From: Acidobacteriota bacterium
GTDB taxonomy: Bacteria; Acidobacteriota; Blastocatellia; RBC074
Length of the DNA stretch: 64,000 nt
NCBI GenBank assembly: GCA_016710075.1
Contig: JADJLO010000034.1
Span: 13,484 to 77,483, forward strand
Direction of reading: 5' to 3'
Notes under the pieces: generated by a model
The model's input: only the letters and a program-made list of their open reading frames with translations
Database searches by the model: none
Told to the model about the DNA's origin: nothing
In this document: piece by piece, positions 62,528-64,000 of the stretch
How the letters are laid out: each line of letters begins with the position of its first letter
Numbering within the stretch: position 1 is the first letter of the stretch
Program-made: the position numbers and the translations under genes

Positions 62528-64000
62528 TTACGAACGTGAAGAGTTGAAATATCTGGCAGCCAGACGCCAGGCAGCCGGCTCTCCCTGCGAGGCGATGAGC
62601 CTGCGTACTTCGAGGTAAGCGGCTTTGTATAATTCGCGCGATACCTGAGCAGAAGCGGGTTTGGCGAGGCGGCGCTCGAGTTCATCGCGGGAGAGCAATG
62701 GAAGCGTCCGGGTCTTTGACAGACCGGGTGCTTCGCCTGCGAAATGGATGGCGAGCCCTTCGGCCAGCCATCTTGGCGCAGAGCCGCCTCCAAGCCTCTC
62801 GATTATGGCATGAGCGGTTTCGTGTCTCAGTGAGGTTTCGAGTATTCCCCTCTTTTCGAGCAGCGTGAGCGGCTGCAGCTCGATCCGTCTGCCGCGGGTC
62901 ACTCCGCTGACCCAGCCCGATTGACCGGTCGCTGATATGAAACCTGATGTCGAAGAATGAATAATGACTTCATAGGGCCTGCTTTCATCGACATTCAGTG
63001 CCGCTGATTCAAGGCGCAGCAAAAGGTCTTTCCGGGCGGCTTCAAAAATACTCATTGCACGTGCAAGGGCTTTTTGATCGGTGCCGCGGCCGGCGATCAA
63101 TCGGAAGTGATCACCGGTGAAAGTCTGCTGGTTCGGCCGGAAATCGACCTGAACCAGCTCGGAATCATTAACGGTTTTCAACCCGGTGTGCGGAAAATAG
63201 AATTTAAGAATCCGGCGATAATCGAGCCCTCGGGCAGCCATAACGTGAGTGCCCTCCTGGCACAATCCCAGCCCATGGCCGAAGCCGGTGCCTGTGAAAA
63301 TGAAGTCATCGCCACTTCTTGAAACATTGAACCGCGAGCTTTTGATCAACTGCCAGCCGAGTTTCCGGCCGGCCACGATTTTAAACTCCCATCCTCGGAC
63401 GGCTTTTATCTTGTCGCCTTCAATCCATATCCACTGGGCGCGCCCGGTTCGGTCGTACTTGCTCACCTTTATCGATTTCAATACCCGGCCGATGTCGGTT
63501 CTCTTGTCTGAGCGCATCGCCTGAGCAAGTCGGTTCGCGGGAATTCTGGCGGACCAGTTACGATGGGGCATGAGTTTGCAGTATTCATCACGGACGCCTT
63601 GAAGATATTCAGGCGCGGCAATACCCCACAAATCTTCAATGTTTGCCGTCATTCCGCCACAGGCTGCATGAAAATAGGCATCGACGTATTTGCCGGAACT
63701 GTCCGCCAGCACCTGCCCCCTGGTGGATTCAACCGCGCGTTTTGAGATCTGGAAACTGGCGCCGGTTGCCGGGATGAATCTTTGACAATGGGTAGTGCTG
63801 CAGAAATCGTATCCTTCACCTACGTGCCGCCCTAGATTCTTCAGGCCAAAAGTTCTGCTGACGATCGCCTGCGCCTTGAGTGCTTCAGGTTGTTTTCGAT
63901 GCTCGATTCAGCGGCGAGGACTCCGGCCGTGTAGTCCTCCAGAGGCAACTCCCGTGTGATGCCTTCACTGATCGAACGGACTTTGACCATGTCATGTCCT
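62528..64000 (-). CDS. SpoIID/LytB-domain protein (5' end beyond window); 1-nt deletion in a CC run near 63885-63895
   Basis: ...GYDFCSTTHCQRF, VESTRGQVLADSSGKYVDAYFHAACGG. Upstream, ...PEALKAQAIVSRTFGL continues in the same frame back to a TGA at ~63907. YTAGVLAAE is readable in the adjacent frame up to the window edge. Confidence 0.75.

Overview
This is a GC-rich (~58-60%) bacterial chromosomal segment, gene-dense on both strands, and mostly housekeeping. The recognisable core genes are: ppdK, recO, mgtE, gap, hslVU, gdhA, an aroA-aroK-heptosyltransferase-gmhB-heptosyltransferase LPS inner-core cluster, tex, a cytochrome P450, rluE, tktA, a sulfate ABC transporter (sbp-cysW-cysA), two MFS transporters, an ABC-2 exporter pair, an NtrC-type two-component pair, an anti-sigma partner-switching pair, tRNA-Gly(CCC) and tRNA-Leu(CAG). 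Soil-bacterium-like content (Acidobacteria-like), which I cannot confirm.

The striking parts, in order of interest:
- **Selenoprotein candidate.** A Bcp-type peroxiredoxin (57472-57915) has its peroxidatic cysteine codon replaced by an in-frame TGA, with a downstream hairpin that could be a SECIS element. If that is a genuine Sec codon, this is an unannotated selenoprotein.
- **Toxin/immunity island.** A ~6 kb accessory block (41.8-47.9 kb) sits between a class-V aminotransferase and tex, bracketed by identical 43-bp direct repeats. It contains a rearranged Rhs polymorphic-toxin locus (two C-terminal toxin cassettes with an unassigned Cys/His-rich domain, each followed by a paralogous lipoprotein immunity gene, one toxin gene fused to a subtilisin fragment), a degraded Rhs core and a truncated toxin-antitoxin pair.
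- **Intergenic repeat families.** At least four are present: (1) MITE/BIME-like inverted pairs of GATTACGAAACAGACGAAA; (2) a 105-bp perfect-palindrome element in two copies; (3) heptamer (TTTAAAG / AAAGTYY) arrays organised as giant palindromes around hairpin cores; (4) hairpin units CAGGCGnnnCGCCTG...CCCACTCG.
- **Sequence-quality signals.** At least eight conserved genes carry apparent 1-2-nt deletions in short homopolymer or dinucleotide runs, and a ~300-bp poly-G/poly-C tract sits at 50.44-50.75 kb. Both look like sequencing/assembly errors rather than biology. All pseudogene calls here should be read with that in mind.

No transposase, integrase or CRISPR array was seen.
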